Assembly (NCBI GenBank): GCA_902768125.1
Contig: CACXKA010000005.1
Span: 23,643-87,642 of the forward strand
DNA from: an uncultured Bacteroidales bacterium
GTDB lineage: Bacteria > Bacteroidota > Bacteroidia > Bacteroidales > Bacteroidaceae
DNA length: 64,000 nt
Reading direction: 5' to 3'
The position numbers and the translations under genes are program-made. Below the pieces are notes generated by a model that was not told the origin of the DNA, ran no database searches, and saw only the letters and a program-made list of their open reading frames with translations. Shown one piece after another: positions 1 through 9,820 of this stretch (its first letter is position 1; each line of letters opens with the position of its first letter).

Positions 1-1086
1 ATGGTGAAAGAATCAGGAGCGCTGACCATACAAGGAGATAATCTCGTCATTCCATCCACCTCTGCTCCCGTGGTAGGCGGCGGTCCTTATCCTGAACTCG
101 CCCTCAACATTTCTGCCCATCTGAAGGAGAATAAGCCTTGGGCAAAGAAAGGCTTTGCTGTGGCAAGCGAACAATTCGTCACTATTCCTTATCAATCCCC
201 AAACGGTGTCAGTGGAAAAGTTCCTGAGATGACGTTTAAGGACAGAGGTGTTCTTGTGACTACCAATCAGGGGACTTTATTCTTTAACAATATGACTGGT
301 GCCCTCACTTCGTGGATTGTCGATGGTCAGGAGATGCTGCAAGCTCCCTTGGAGCCTTATTTCTGGAAACCAGAAAATGATAACCAAAGTGCGGCTGGTT
401 TTGCCCGTCGCTTAAGAGTATGGAAGGACGCTGTTGAAAACCGTTCCATGGGTAGAGTTTTCCAAATAGAGGAGAATACTACGGCGCTGAAGATTTCCTA
501 CAACATCACATTGCCTCATTCGCTTGCAGGTCTTCTCCTTACTTACACTATATCTTCCGACGGACGTATTGGGGTAGACATGGATTACATACCCATTACG
601 GCAGACCTACCGATCATCCCCAAGTTCGGTATGAGGATGCGTCTGCCAGCCGACTACACCAACATTGAGTACTATGGTCGTGGTCCTTGGGAGAACTATC
701 CTGACCGCAAGCGCAGTGCCTTCTTAGGTCAATACAAGATGCCGCTCTCTGACTATGAAACTGAATACATCCATCCGCAGGACAATGGCTGTCGTACAGA
801 TGTGCGCTGGTTTGAAATCTCAACGCCCAACACTCAACGCTCAACTTTACGCATCAAGGGTTACCAGCCTCTCTGCATCCGCGCTTGGGACTATGGAGAA
901 GAAGACTTGGAGGGTGCGAACCATCCCTACGAGATTAAACGAGGTCGTTTCGTCAATCTGAACATCGATCTCAACGTTCATGGTGTGGGTGGCGTTGACA
1001 CCTGGGGAGCACGCACCCTACCCCAATACACCATCGATGGCAACAAGTCCTATCATTACGGATTCAATCTGGAATGGAAACGTTGA
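1..1086 (+). CDS. beta-galactosidase (GH2), C-terminal portion; 5' end lies outside the window
   Basis: The ORF is open from base 1. The translation carries the GH2 C-terminal (small-chain) domain pattern YGRGPWENYPDRK, HPQDNGCRTDVRW and NIDLNVHGVGGVDTWG. Confidence 0.85.
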   Translation: MVKESGALTIQGDNLVIPSTSAPVVGGGPYPELALNISAHLKENKPWAKKGFAVASEQFVTIPYQSPNGVSGKVPEMTFKDRGVLVTTNQGTLFFNNMTGALTSWIVDGQEMLQAPLEPYFWKPENDNQSAAGFARRLRVWKDAVENRSMGRVFQIEENTTALKISYNITLPHSLAGLLLTYTISSDGRIGVDMDYIPITADLPIIPKFGMRMRLPADYTNIEYYGRGPWENYPDRKRSAFLGQYKMPLSDYETEYIHPQDNGCRTDVRWFEISTPNTQRSTLRIKGYQPLCIRAWDYGEEDLEGANHPYEIKRGRFVNLNIDLNVHGVGGVDTWGARTLPQYTIDGNKSYHYGFNLEWKR

Positions 1087-1175
1087 GAACCATCGCAAAC
1101 ACAACACATATTTATATATAAAAGAGCAGGCCACCCTCATTGAGAGTAGCCTGTTTCTATTTCCGGGAGATTCCT

Positions 1176-1907
1176 TTACTTGGCAGCCTCCTGCTTCTTT
1201 GCCGTCACGTAGAAGAAACGTGGGAAAGCACCAATCGAGAAAGTGTAGACGGAACCATCATCACTCTTCACTTCGAAAGTGTCGGTACGGGTTCTACCCA
1301 AAGCACCACCACGTCCCATGCCTCCTCTGCCTCTGCCCATTCTGCCTCTACGAGGACCAGCGCCTGGACGAGGACCTTGACCGAAGCCCTCGCCTGGACG
1401 TGCCGTTGGAGGAGTTGCCTGACCAGGCTGTGCTGTAGGAGGAGTTGCCTGACCGGGCTGTGCTGTAGGAGGAGTTGGGAAACCTGGGCGTGCATTATCT
1501 GCTCCCTCCTTACGATAAGGTTGCAATTCGCGATAGAGTGCCATGATGGAACCTTGTGGATAGATCATGTCATTACCCACAGCGAAATGCACCTCCTTCG
1601 TTTCCTTGTTCAGGAGGAAAGAGTTCACGCACTTGGCAAACTGAAAGTTATCAGGATTGCCATTCCAATAAGAGATGAAATTGCCTCTTGGCATCTGGGT
1701 GCTGTACTTGTTTGCCTCCATAACTGCCTTGAACTGCTCCTCATTCATGGAGAGCAACAGAAGGAAATTGGCTACAGTGGGCTTGATGACCGTGATTTCG
1801 CTGCCATCATCACCATATGGCTTGGTACATACATCCAACTGCTGTGCCTGAGCATAAAGCCCCATTGCCAGCATCATGAACGAGAAGATTAACTTTTTCA
1901 TAAGCAT
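1176..1907 (-). CDS. secreted hypothetical protein with a PPTAQPGQAT repeat and an Arg/Gly-rich tract
   Basis: ATG start and an N-terminal signal peptide (MLMKKLIFSFMMLAMGLYAQAQ). A low-complexity PPTAQPGQAT x2.7 segment is followed by RGRMGRGRGGMGRGG. I recognise no family. Confidence 0.6.
   Translation of the reverse strand: MLMKKLIFSFMMLAMGLYAQAQQLDVCTKPYGDDGSEITVIKPTVANFLLLLSMNEEQFKAVMEANKYSTQMPRGNFISYWNGNPDNFQFAKCVNSFLLNKETKEVHFAVGNDMIYPQGSIMALYRELQPYRKEGADNARPGFPTPPTAQPGQATPPTAQPGQATPPTARPGEGFGQGPRPGAGPRRGRMGRGRGGMGRGGALGRTRTDTFEVKSDDGSVYTFSIGAFPRFFYVTAKKQEAAK
1408..1485. repeat. 30-bp tandem repeat (about 2.6 units) inside the 1176-1907 CDS
   Basis: GGAGGAGTTGCCTGACC(A/G)GGCTGTGCTGTA repeats at 1408 and 1438, with a partial copy at 1468. 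It encodes PPTAQPGQAT on the minus strand. Confidence 0.9.
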
Positions 1908-2072
1908 ATAGAGTTTGATAGGTTTGTAATAAAGTGATTTGGTTTAGTGTCCCAAAGGTACAGATTTTTTCAATACGATATTTACATTTAAGGGATTTTT
2001 TTTACTTTTTTCTTAAAAAAACACAAAAAAAGGGGGAGAAAGTCCACTTTACATGACTTTTCCCCCGATTTT

Positions 2073-4100
2073 TTACCAAATTTTCACACGTTTCTCTTTC
2101 GGGACAAACATGGGGTCTTTTTCTGTGATGCCAAATGCTTCATACCAAGCATCGACCAAAGGAAGGGCACCATTCACACGCCACTTGCACAACGAATGCG
2201 GGTCGGAAGTGGTGAGGTTGCGGATTGCCTCCTCTGTGATGTTGCTTGCCCACACCCCTGCGTATGCCAAGAAGAAGCGTTGTTCAGGTGTGAAACCGTC
2301 CTTCACAGGCAGCGGATGCTCCTTGGTGGCATTCTTGAAAGCCGTATAAGCAAACTTCAGACCACCATGATCACCTAAATTCTCGCCACAGCAGAGGTCA
2401 CCATTCGCATTCAGATCGGGCAGCACCTTGATGGCTGAGAAGAAGTCCTTGATGACTTGCGCACGTTCGTTGTATTGGTCTCCATCCCCTTCTGCCCACC
2501 AGTCGCGGAAATTACCATCCTTATCGAACTGGCGACCCTGGTCGTCAAAGCCATGCGACATCTCATGACCAATCACCACACCGATGGCTCCGTAGTTGAA
2601 GGCATCATCTGCGTCCATGTCAAAGAACGGGTACTGGAGGATGCCGGCTGGGAAGCAAATTTCATTGGTTGTGGGGTTGTAATAGGCATTCACCGTCTGA
2701 GGATTCATGTACCATTCATCCCTGTCCACAGGCTTCTTCCACTTGCGTTCCAGCATATCGGCATGAGCCCACTTTGCCACCTCCTTCATGTTCTCGTAGA
2801 GCGTCTTCTCGGGGTCGATGTTCATCTTCGAATAGTCACGCCACTTGTTGGGATAGCCCACCTTCACATAGAAGGCATCCAGTTTCTCGTGGGCAGCCTT
2901 CTTGGTCGATTCGCTCATCCATTCCTGTGCGTCGATGCGTTCGCCCAGTGCAATCTGGAGGTTCTTGATCAGTTGCTCCATACGTGCCTTGTTGGCGGGT
3001 GGGAAGTATTTCTCCACATAGATTTGTCCCACAGCCTCGCCCAACACGCTGTTCACGATGCTCACACTGCGCTTCCAACGAGGACGTGGTTCCTTGGCAC
3101 CTGTCAGGATGCGACCATTGAAGTCGAACACCTCCTCATACACCTCATCGCCCAGCATGGAACCAGCCGAATCCAGTATCTGCCATTGCAACCAGTCTTT
3201 CAGCACCTCCACCGATGTGTCTTCCCACACCTTCAACGCCTCTTTGATAGCTTCGGGCTGACCCACGGAGAGAGAATCAATCTCTGTGAGTCCCTGCACA
3301 TCGAAGTAAGTCTTCCAATCATAGCCTGCATACTCCTTCGTGAAGTCTGCAAACGACATCTTATGGTAGTTGGAGGCAACATCACGCAATGCCACATTGT
3401 CACGCCCAGCCTTTGCCATCCTGATTTCCAACGCCACCACGTTCTCAGTCTTCTTCTGGGCATCAGCAGGTGTCTCGCCCACAAACTGGAACATCTTCAC
3501 GATATGTTTCCTGTAGGCATCCAAGATTTTCTTGTTCTCCTCATCCTCCTTCACGTAGTAGTCACGTTCCAACGAGTAGCCGCCTTGAGCGATTTCCAGC
3601 AGGTTCTGCGTGGATTCCATCATGTCGGCACCCACATAGCTGCCCCACAACTCTCCGAAGCCAACACCTTCCACGTTCATCTGGTTGATCAACTCCTTCA
3701 GTTCAGCTTTGGTCTTCACAGCCGCCACACGTTTCAAATCCACCATCACGGGCTTCACGCCATCCTTGTTCTGACGCACGGAATCCATTCTCAAGGCATA
3801 GATGTCGCCAATCTTCTGTCCCAGCGAACCCTTCTCCTGAGGCTGAGCCGCCAGTCCTTCGATAATCTCACGGATGCGTTTCTGGTTCTCTTCTGCCACC
3901 ACGTCAAAACTGCCATACCTTGAAAACTCAGGACGCAGGGGGTTGTTCTTCAGCCAGCCACCACAGGCATATTGATAAAAGTCCGTGCCAGGCTTGGCGG
4001 TCATGTCCATATTCTCCAACTTGATGCCCATTGTCTGGGCATTCGCCATCGTCGATGCTACCATAGTCATCATCATCAAAATGTTTTTACTTTTCATCAT
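2073..4100 (-). CDS. pepO: M13 family zinc metalloendopeptidase (PepO / endothelin-converting-enzyme-like)
   Basis: 675 aa with a signal peptide. It has the NAYY motif, the HExxH site VIGHEMSHGFD, and a C-terminal ...RVKIW typical of M13 peptidases. Confidence 0.9.
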   Translation of the reverse strand: MMKSKNILMMMTMVASTMANAQTMGIKLENMDMTAKPGTDFYQYACGGWLKNNPLRPEFSRYGSFDVVAEENQKRIREIIEGLAAQPQEKGSLGQKIGDIYALRMDSVRQNKDGVKPVMVDLKRVAAVKTKAELKELINQMNVEGVGFGELWGSYVGADMMESTQNLLEIAQGGYSLERDYYVKEDEENKKILDAYRKHIVKMFQFVGETPADAQKKTENVVALEIRMAKAGRDNVALRDVASNYHKMSFADFTKEYAGYDWKTYFDVQGLTEIDSLSVGQPEAIKEALKVWEDTSVEVLKDWLQWQILDSAGSMLGDEVYEEVFDFNGRILTGAKEPRPRWKRSVSIVNSVLGEAVGQIYVEKYFPPANKARMEQLIKNLQIALGERIDAQEWMSESTKKAAHEKLDAFYVKVGYPNKWRDYSKMNIDPEKTLYENMKEVAKWAHADMLERKWKKPVDRDEWYMNPQTVNAYYNPTTNEICFPAGILQYPFFDMDADDAFNYGAIGVVIGHEMSHGFDDQGRQFDKDGNFRDWWAEGDGDQYNERAQVIKDFFSAIKVLPDLNANGDLCCGENLGDHGGLKFAYTAFKNATKEHPLPVKDGFTPEQRFFLAYAGVWASNITEEAIRNLTTSDPHSLCKWRVNGALPLVDAWYEAFGITEKDPMFVPKEKRVKIW

Positions 4101-4119
4101 TTCTTTTTCAATTAGGCGG

Positions 4120-4127
4120 CAAAGTTA
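4120..4127 (-). promoter_or_regulatory. Bacteroidota -7 promoter box TAACTTTG for pepO
   Basis: The reverse complement of CAAAGTTA lies 20 nt upstream of the ATG at 4100. It matches the TAnnTTTG consensus. Confidence 0.55.
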
Positions 4128-4151
4128 CGAATAATTGAAGAAAGCACAAAA

Positions 4152-5270
4152 TTAATGCGCACCATTTTGTTTCCTTTCCATGTTCAGGAGAATATTAGAG
4201 ATGTATTGTTTATGTGCGATGATGGTACATGCGCTTTTCCAATCGCCCAAGATCTTGACCACTTTGTTGAAGATAGCGTCACTCATACCCTTTTCCTGCT
4301 GGGCACGGATATATTCTGCCATACGATTCAATATCTGTTGCTGCATGGATATGATGGTTTCTCTCCTGAATTCCTTGTAATAGCTGTCCAGGCGTTCCAG
4401 CACCAAGGCGCCATCCACCCTACCCGCAGCATTCGGGTCCAACACCTGAAAACACTGTGCAATCAGATTTTGGTTCATGACGATGCCGGGTGACACTGTG
4501 CCATCTTGTCCCTGTTCCATCTCTCTGAGGATGTTGCGCGTGATTGCCTTCTCATTCTCCGACACGGTGGGGGCATAGAAAGTCAGATAGTCGAGCATGC
4601 TCACCAGCAGAGCCTTGTCTTCGGCGCTGTCCGAGTACTTGTAGTGATCGCGATAGAAGGTCATGCGGGTGACGAAGTCATCAACCAGCACCTTTTCGCC
4701 TGTTGGGGATGCGGTGGAAGTTCTCACAAAGTCGTTGGGTCCTTCAATCTCGTACAGATTACCCCTCCAGCTGCCAGACTTGCCTTCCAGTTTCCACTCT
4801 ACAGCCACCACGATACGGTTCTGGGTATTCTCCTTGGAGTTGCTGCGGAGCACCAGCACATCGTAGGTCGTGTTCTCGCCAATCACGATGGGGTCATCTT
4901 GGTCATTGTAGCGCACGATGGTCTTCTTGTACTTCGCCTTCTCCTCCTCCGTGGCATTCTCCGAAAGTCCCTTCATCTGGCCGTAGTAGGTCACGTCTGC
5001 GTCTTGACTGTCCTGTTCGAACGCATCTCGCAGTTCCTTCGTCATCGTGACATATCCTGCGCCTGGAATCACTTTGAATTCCACGATGTTGCATCTCCAG
5101 GGATCGAGCGCACTGGTCTTGCCCTGTTCGCGAACGGTGTTCGTGATGGTCACACCTTTTGAGTTCTTGAACTTCTCAAATGCCTTGAGCACATTCTTCT
5201 GAGCCGACACGTTCAGGCTCACGATTGCTGCCAGCAACAATGCTGCATAGCGGATGTTTCTTGTTTTCAT
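4152..5270 (-). CDS. hypothetical secreted protein, last gene of the ECF sigma/anti-sigma operon
   Basis: 372 aa with a signal peptide (MKTRNIRYAALLLAAIVSLNVSAQ). It lies directly downstream of the anti-sigma gene on the same strand. No family recognised. Confidence 0.6.
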   Translation of the reverse strand: MKTRNIRYAALLLAAIVSLNVSAQKNVLKAFEKFKNSKGVTITNTVREQGKTSALDPWRCNIVEFKVIPGAGYVTMTKELRDAFEQDSQDADVTYYGQMKGLSENATEEEKAKYKKTIVRYNDQDDPIVIGENTTYDVLVLRSNSKENTQNRIVVAVEWKLEGKSGSWRGNLYEIEGPNDFVRTSTASPTGEKVLVDDFVTRMTFYRDHYKYSDSAEDKALLVSMLDYLTFYAPTVSENEKAITRNILREMEQGQDGTVSPGIVMNQNLIAQCFQVLDPNAAGRVDGALVLERLDSYYKEFRRETIISMQQQILNRMAEYIRAQQEKGMSDAIFNKVVKILGDWKSACTIIAHKQYISNILLNMERKQNGAH

Positions 5271-5290
5271 ATTCCTTCTTCTTTTAGTGA

Positions 5291-5953
5291 TTAAATTTCA
5301 ATACAATTATGATATTCTTCGAGATAAGCTTCATACTTTTTATTCAACGCCATCGTTGCGGCATCCATTTCGATTTTCTCCATCAGGATGGCTTGTTTGA
5401 GCTGCCACACCTGGTAGTCTTTCTCCACCTGCGCCAGTTCTTCCTCGCTCACCTGTGGCAATTCTGGCATCACTTCCGTTTCGAGGATTTCTGCCATCAA
5501 AGGAGTTGCTTGTCGGCGAGGTTTCCGCTTCATGCGTTTCGCGGGAGCCGTGTATGCCACTTGTTCCACCGCAGGGGCTGCAGGTGTCAGCACGGGAGTC
5601 TCTTTCTTCTCCTCGGGCTTCACGACTGTTGGTCGTTGAGCAATCTGAGGGGTAGTGTCTTGCTGAGGAGTCTCAGGGACGAGCTTGCCAAGAACGAACC
5701 ACAAGGTCAGGCAGGCAGCCACGGCTATGCCCCATCCCACATAGCGACGGATCTTGATGCGTTTCCGTTCAGCCATTGTCTGGTCGTAAAGGGCTTCACC
5801 CAGCGTAAGTTCACCCAACATCTCAGCGATGATTTTCCACTCCGCAGGAGCATCGGGACGATTTACCTCGATGACAAGCTGGCGTTCCTCCTGTAGCGAG
5901 GTCTCGCCTTCCATGTATTTGTCGATGAGACGGCTGACTTCTTGCTGTGTCAT
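5291..5953 (-). CDS. putative anti-sigma factor (single-pass membrane protein)
   Basis: Its ATG overlaps the sigma-factor stop (ATGA at 5950-5953). It has a short N-terminal cytoplasmic helix region and one TM segment (WGIAVAACLTLWFVLG). Confidence 0.6.
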   Translation of the reverse strand: MTQQEVSRLIDKYMEGETSLQEERQLVIEVNRPDAPAEWKIIAEMLGELTLGEALYDQTMAERKRIKIRRYVGWGIAVAACLTLWFVLGKLVPETPQQDTTPQIAQRPTVVKPEEKKETPVLTPAAPAVEQVAYTAPAKRMKRKPRRQATPLMAEILETEVMPELPQVSEEELAQVEKDYQVWQLKQAILMEKIEMDAATMALNKKYEAYLEEYHNCIEI

Positions 5954-6459
5954 AGGTTCATCCTCCTTTTCATTTCGTTAAACAATTTCTTTCTTGCCAT
6001 CGCGATCATGCTCTGTACTGAGGCTTTTGGAATGCCCGTCTGTTGGGCGATTTCTTCGGTTGAGAGTCCTTCCTTTTGCCGCATCTCGAAGAGTTGACGT
6101 TCACGGGGTTGCAACTGTTGGAAGGCTTCATCCAGTGCTTTGAGACTCTCTTGCCGTTCCACCTCCTCGTGAGGAGAGAGATGGGGCGATGGACTGGTCT
6201 CGCTCATGCTGTCCGTCTCCCTCATCAGTGTGAGGTGTTGCCGTCGTTTCATGTTCACACAGCAGTTTTTTGCCACCCTCACCGCCAACGCCTCCACGTT
6301 TCGGTTTTCGTCCAGTTGCTGACAGTATCTCCACAATTGTAAGAGCGTCTCTTGTGCCACGTCCTCTGCATCATCCGCTGAACCGAAAAAGTTTCGTCCG
6401 ATGCGGAGAATCAGAGGACGCAGTCGCGCTGCGGTCTGTTCAAATGTGGTTCTATCCAT
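5950..6459 (-). CDS. RNA polymerase ECF-type sigma-70 factor
   Basis: 169 aa. Region 2 (DAEDVAQETLLQLW) and a region 4 HTH (LSTEEIAQQTGIPKASVQSMIAMARKKL) are present. Confidence 0.9.
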   Translation of the reverse strand: MDRTTFEQTAARLRPLILRIGRNFFGSADDAEDVAQETLLQLWRYCQQLDENRNVEALAVRVAKNCCVNMKRRQHLTLMRETDSMSETSPSPHLSPHEEVERQESLKALDEAFQQLQPRERQLFEMRQKEGLSTEEIAQQTGIPKASVQSMIAMARKKLFNEMKRRMNL

Positions 6460-6640
6460 GCTGGTTTTGAGTTGCTTTTACCCTCTTTACGTAAGAAAAA
6501 GGAAATACTTAAGTTGAAAAACGGCACAAATTTACAAAAAAATAGAAAAAAGTCGTACTGTTGGCTATGCCGAAGGTACTTTCGTTCGACAATAAGAGTA
6601 AAAAAAAGCCTTTTCTCTTTGTATTGTGCTCACTTCTTCG

Positions 6641-6648
6641 TACCTTTG
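6641..6648 (+). promoter_or_regulatory. -7 promoter box TACCTTTG with TTTG -33 element, driving the TPP riboswitch leader
   Basis: The sequence is CTCTTTGtattgtgctcacttcttcgTACCTTTGca, with 19 nt between TTTG and TA. The riboswitch begins about 15 nt downstream. Confidence 0.6.
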
Positions 6649-6660
6649 CACCCGATTTTA

Positions 6661-6778
6661 ACTAAAGGGGTGCTCGCTATGGCGGGCTGAGATGATACCC
6701 ATGAACCTGATGCAGGTAATGCTGCCGTAGGGACGATTAAACGGGACATGCCCTTTTAGGATGTTTAATCTTTAGTTA
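6661..6778 (+). promoter_or_regulatory. TPP (thiamine pyrophosphate, THI-box) riboswitch
   Basis: The conserved core is read directly: GGGGTGC...GGCTGAGA...ACCC...GAACCTGATGCAGGTAATGCTGCCGTAGGGA. An outer stem pairs AACTAAAG (6661-6668) with CTTTAGTT (6771-6778). It lies 14 nt upstream of the TonB-dependent receptor ATG. Confidence 0.85.
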
Positions 6779-6791
6779 AATTACAGTTTTT

Positions 6792-9047
6792 ATGGTAAAA
6801 AGATTTTTAGCTGCATGCCTCTTTCTGAGTTCTATGGGCATGATGGCGCAGAGTCGGAAAGCTGACTCTCTGAAAGTAATCAACCTCGATGAAGTGAACG
6901 TGGTTTCGACCCGTGTGGGAGCAACGACTCCTGTGGCTCACACCAACGTGAGCAAGGAGCAGATTGCCGAGATGAACACGGGCAAAGACCTCCCCTACTT
7001 GCTTTCGCTCACCCCCAGCGTGACAATGACGAGCGATGCGGGCAACGGCATGGGCTACACGAGCATGAGAGTACGCGGTGTGGATCCAAGCCGCATCAAC
7101 GTGACGACAAACGGCATCCCCTTGAACGATGCGGAGAGTGCTCAGGTGTTCTGGGTGAACATTCCCGACTTTGCATCTTCGGCTGAGAACATCCAGATTC
7201 AGCGTGGTGCAGGCACATCGACGAATGGTTCGGGAGCGTTTGGCGCCACCGTGAACATCCAGACGGCCAACCTCGACCTGAAGCCTTCGTTCGGCTACGA
7301 CATGTCGGCAGGCAGCTATGGCACACACAAGGAAACGTTCCGCTTCACATCGGGATTGCTGGGCAATCATTGGGCTGTGCAGGGAAGGCTCTCCAACATC
7401 GCCACAGACGGCTACATTGACCGTGCCTCCGTACGCCTCAACTCTTACTTCCTTCAGGCTGCCTACTACGGCAACAACACGGTGGTGAAGTTCATCACCT
7501 TCAACGGCAAAGAGAAGACCTATCATGCCTGGAACTACACAAGCAAGTATGAGCAGAGCCTCTACGGACGCACCTACAACTCCTGCGGCGAATACTACGA
7601 TGCGGACGGCAATCGCCACTACTACGACAATCAGACGGACAACTATCACCAGCAGCACTATCAGTTGCACTGGAACCAGGGTCTGGGTAAGATGCTGTCG
7701 CTCAACGTAGGTTTGCACCTGACCAAGGGCGACGGATACTACGAGCAATACAAGGCTGGCAAGAAACTCTACCAGTTCAACATCGCAGAACCAGGCGACC
7801 ATAAGACAAAAGGCGACCTCATCAACCAGAAGAAGCTGGACAATGACTTCATGGGCGTGGTGGGTTCGCTCAACTTCGATAACAAGAAGGGACTCAAAGC
7901 CTCGCTGGGCGGTGGCTGGACCGTGTACGACGGCGATCACATCGGCAAGGTCATCTGGGCAAAGGATGTGCTGATTCAACCTGACTTCACCTACTACGAC
8001 AACAACGCAAAGAAGTATGACGGCAACTTCTACGGCAAGGTGAACTACGAGTTCCTCCGTGGACTGAGTGCCTTCATCGACCTGCAGTACCGCCACGCCA
8101 GCATCCACATGAACGGACTGACCGACGACTACGACGAGAACTACAATCAAATCAACTTCCAAGAGCGCTACGCCTACAACTTCTTCAATCCCAAGTTCGG
8201 CCTCTTCTACCAAATCACGCCCAACCATCAGGTGTATGGCAACTTCTCTGTGGCACATCGCGAACCGACTCGCAACGACTTCGAGGAGCACATTGGTGTG
8301 GATCTGAAGGCTGAACGGCTGAACGACTGGGAACTGGGCTACCGCTACCAGAGCAAGAAGTTCTCAGCAGGATTCAACTTCTATTATATGGGCTATGCCA
8401 ACCAGTTCGTGCTGACCGGCAAGCTGAACGACATCGGTGAGATGATTGCCTCCAACGAAAACAGCGGCAAGTCGTACCGCACGGGCGTGGAACTGGAAGC
8501 CGCATGGCAGCCCGTAGATTGGTTCCGCTGGGACGTGAACGCCACCTTCAGCCGCAATCGCAACAAGGAATGGAAGGTGAATGCAACTGAGGAGGACACT
8601 TGGGCTAATCAGGGCATGCTCGACCTTGGCGAGACAAAGATTTCCTTCTCGCCCGAAATCATCGCCAACAACATCCTCACCTTCAAGTGGCGCGGCTTCA
8701 AGGCACAACTCTTGAGCAAGTACATCAGCCGTCAGTATATGACCAACACAGGTTTCCGCTACGCCAAGGTGGGCGACGAAAACATCCGTCTCTTCCTCTC
8801 CGACTACCTGACCAACGACCTCGACCTCTCTTACACTTTCAAGCTGAAGAGCATCAAGAGCGTCACCATCGGAGGCACCCTCTACAACCTCACCTCGCGA
8901 AAGTACGACAACAACGGATGGGCATACTGCGAGATTGGAAAGGATGCCAACGGCAACCCCTACGCTTGGACAACCGATCTGTATGAAAGCGGATTCGCCC
9001 CACAGGCACCCTTCCACTTCATGGCACACATGTCACTTAACTTCTAA
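6792..9047 (+). CDS. TonB-dependent outer-membrane receptor, riboswitch-controlled (putative thiamine/thiamine-precursor uptake)
   Basis: 751 aa with a signal peptide, a plug domain (DEVNVVSTR..., GVDPSRINVTTNGIPLND), beta-barrel repeats, and a terminal aromatic (MSLNF). Confidence 0.9.
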   Translation: MVKRFLAACLFLSSMGMMAQSRKADSLKVINLDEVNVVSTRVGATTPVAHTNVSKEQIAEMNTGKDLPYLLSLTPSVTMTSDAGNGMGYTSMRVRGVDPSRINVTTNGIPLNDAESAQVFWVNIPDFASSAENIQIQRGAGTSTNGSGAFGATVNIQTANLDLKPSFGYDMSAGSYGTHKETFRFTSGLLGNHWAVQGRLSNIATDGYIDRASVRLNSYFLQAAYYGNNTVVKFITFNGKEKTYHAWNYTSKYEQSLYGRTYNSCGEYYDADGNRHYYDNQTDNYHQQHYQLHWNQGLGKMLSLNVGLHLTKGDGYYEQYKAGKKLYQFNIAEPGDHKTKGDLINQKKLDNDFMGVVGSLNFDNKKGLKASLGGGWTVYDGDHIGKVIWAKDVLIQPDFTYYDNNAKKYDGNFYGKVNYEFLRGLSAFIDLQYRHASIHMNGLTDDYDENYNQINFQERYAYNFFNPKFGLFYQITPNHQVYGNFSVAHREPTRNDFEEHIGVDLKAERLNDWELGYRYQSKKFSAGFNFYYMGYANQFVLTGKLNDIGEMIASNENSGKSYRTGVELEAAWQPVDWFRWDVNATFSRNRNKEWKVNATEEDTWANQGMLDLGETKISFSPEIIANNILTFKWRGFKAQLLSKYISRQYMTNTGFRYAKVGDENIRLFLSDYLTNDLDLSYTFKLKSIKSVTIGGTLYNLTSRKYDNNGWAYCEIGKDANGNPYAWTTDLYESGFAPQAPFHFMAHMSLNF

Positions 9048-9083
9048 CCAGCCCACGCGCTGGGCGTTTTTCTTGTTCTGACT

Positions 9084-9668
9084 ATGCAAGATTTTCTCAC
9101 AGCCCATTGGCTTGACATACTGACCACGATACTCGGACTACTCTACATCTGGTTCGAGTATCGTGCCAGTCTTTGGATGTGGGCAGTTGGATTCCTCATG
9201 CAAGTCTTGGGCATCGTGCTCTACTACCAGAAAGGACTCTACGCCGACTGCGGCATGGAATTCTACTATCTCTCCATGACCATCTACGGAAGCATCTGCT
9301 GGGTACGTGGCACACGCAAGAAGACGGCACTCCCCATTCGCCACTTCCCCACCCGACTCATCCTTCCCTGGGTGGCAATCATCTGTGCCGTATGGGCACT
9401 CATCTACTGGTTGCTCGTCACTTTCACCGACTCCAACGTCCCCCTTGCCGACAGTTTCACCACAGCCCTGAGCATCATCGGTATCTGGGCACTCGCCCAC
9501 AAGTATCTGGAGCAATGGTTCATCTGGATAGCCGTCGATGTCGTCACCTCCGCCCTCTACTTCTACAAAGACATCCCCTTCAAGGCATCCCTCTACGCCC
9601 TCTATGTCATCATCGCCATCATGGGCTACTTCAAGTGGAAACGGTTGATGAAGGAAGAAAGAAAATAA
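9084..9668 (+). CDS. PnuC-family transporter (nicotinamide riboside/thiamine PnuT-type)
   Basis: 194 aa with about 6-7 TM helices and a Trp-rich PnuC-like pattern (ILGLLYIWFEYRASLWMW..., YLEQWFIWIAVDV). It sits in an operon with the riboswitch-controlled receptor. Confidence 0.8.
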   Translation: MQDFLTAHWLDILTTILGLLYIWFEYRASLWMWAVGFLMQVLGIVLYYQKGLYADCGMEFYYLSMTIYGSICWVRGTRKKTALPIRHFPTRLILPWVAIICAVWALIYWLLVTFTDSNVPLADSFTTALSIIGIWALAHKYLEQWFIWIAVDVVTSALYFYKDIPFKASLYALYVIIAIMGYFKWKRLMKEERK

Positions 9669-9691
9669 CACGAACACATTGATATATAACA

Positions 9692-9727
9692 AGGGGAGGT
9701 ATCCGTTTTGGAGCCTCCCCTCTCTTT
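9692..9727 (+). terminator. rho-independent terminator after the PnuC-family gene
   Basis: The stem is AGGGGAGG...CCTCCCCT, followed by CTCTTT. Confidence 0.55.
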
Positions 9728-9812
9728 AACCGTTAACCTATAACCGTTAACCGTTACAGCCTTGAACTCTTGAACCCTTGAACTTAGACCTTTAAATGGC
9801 ACGCTGGTACGT
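9728..9812 (+). repeat. heptamer-array element ending in TTTAAATGGCACGCTGGTACGT (left copy)
   Basis: The array is AACCGTT/AACCTAT/AACCGTT.../CTTGAAC units followed by a 22-nt tail. It is a direct repeat of 11058-11151. Confidence 0.8.
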
Positions 9813-9820
9813 TAGTGCGT

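Noticed and set aside
2457-3923. 488-aa plus-strand ORF
   Set aside because: It lies entirely antisense to the well-supported M13 peptidase gene. The translation is His/Leu/Val-rich with no motifs. This is the typical shadow ORF of a coding region with biased codon usage.
6807-8291. 494-aa minus-strand ORF
   Set aside because: It is antisense to the TonB-dependent receptor. It is low-complexity and Val/His-rich, and it has no promoter box or family signature.
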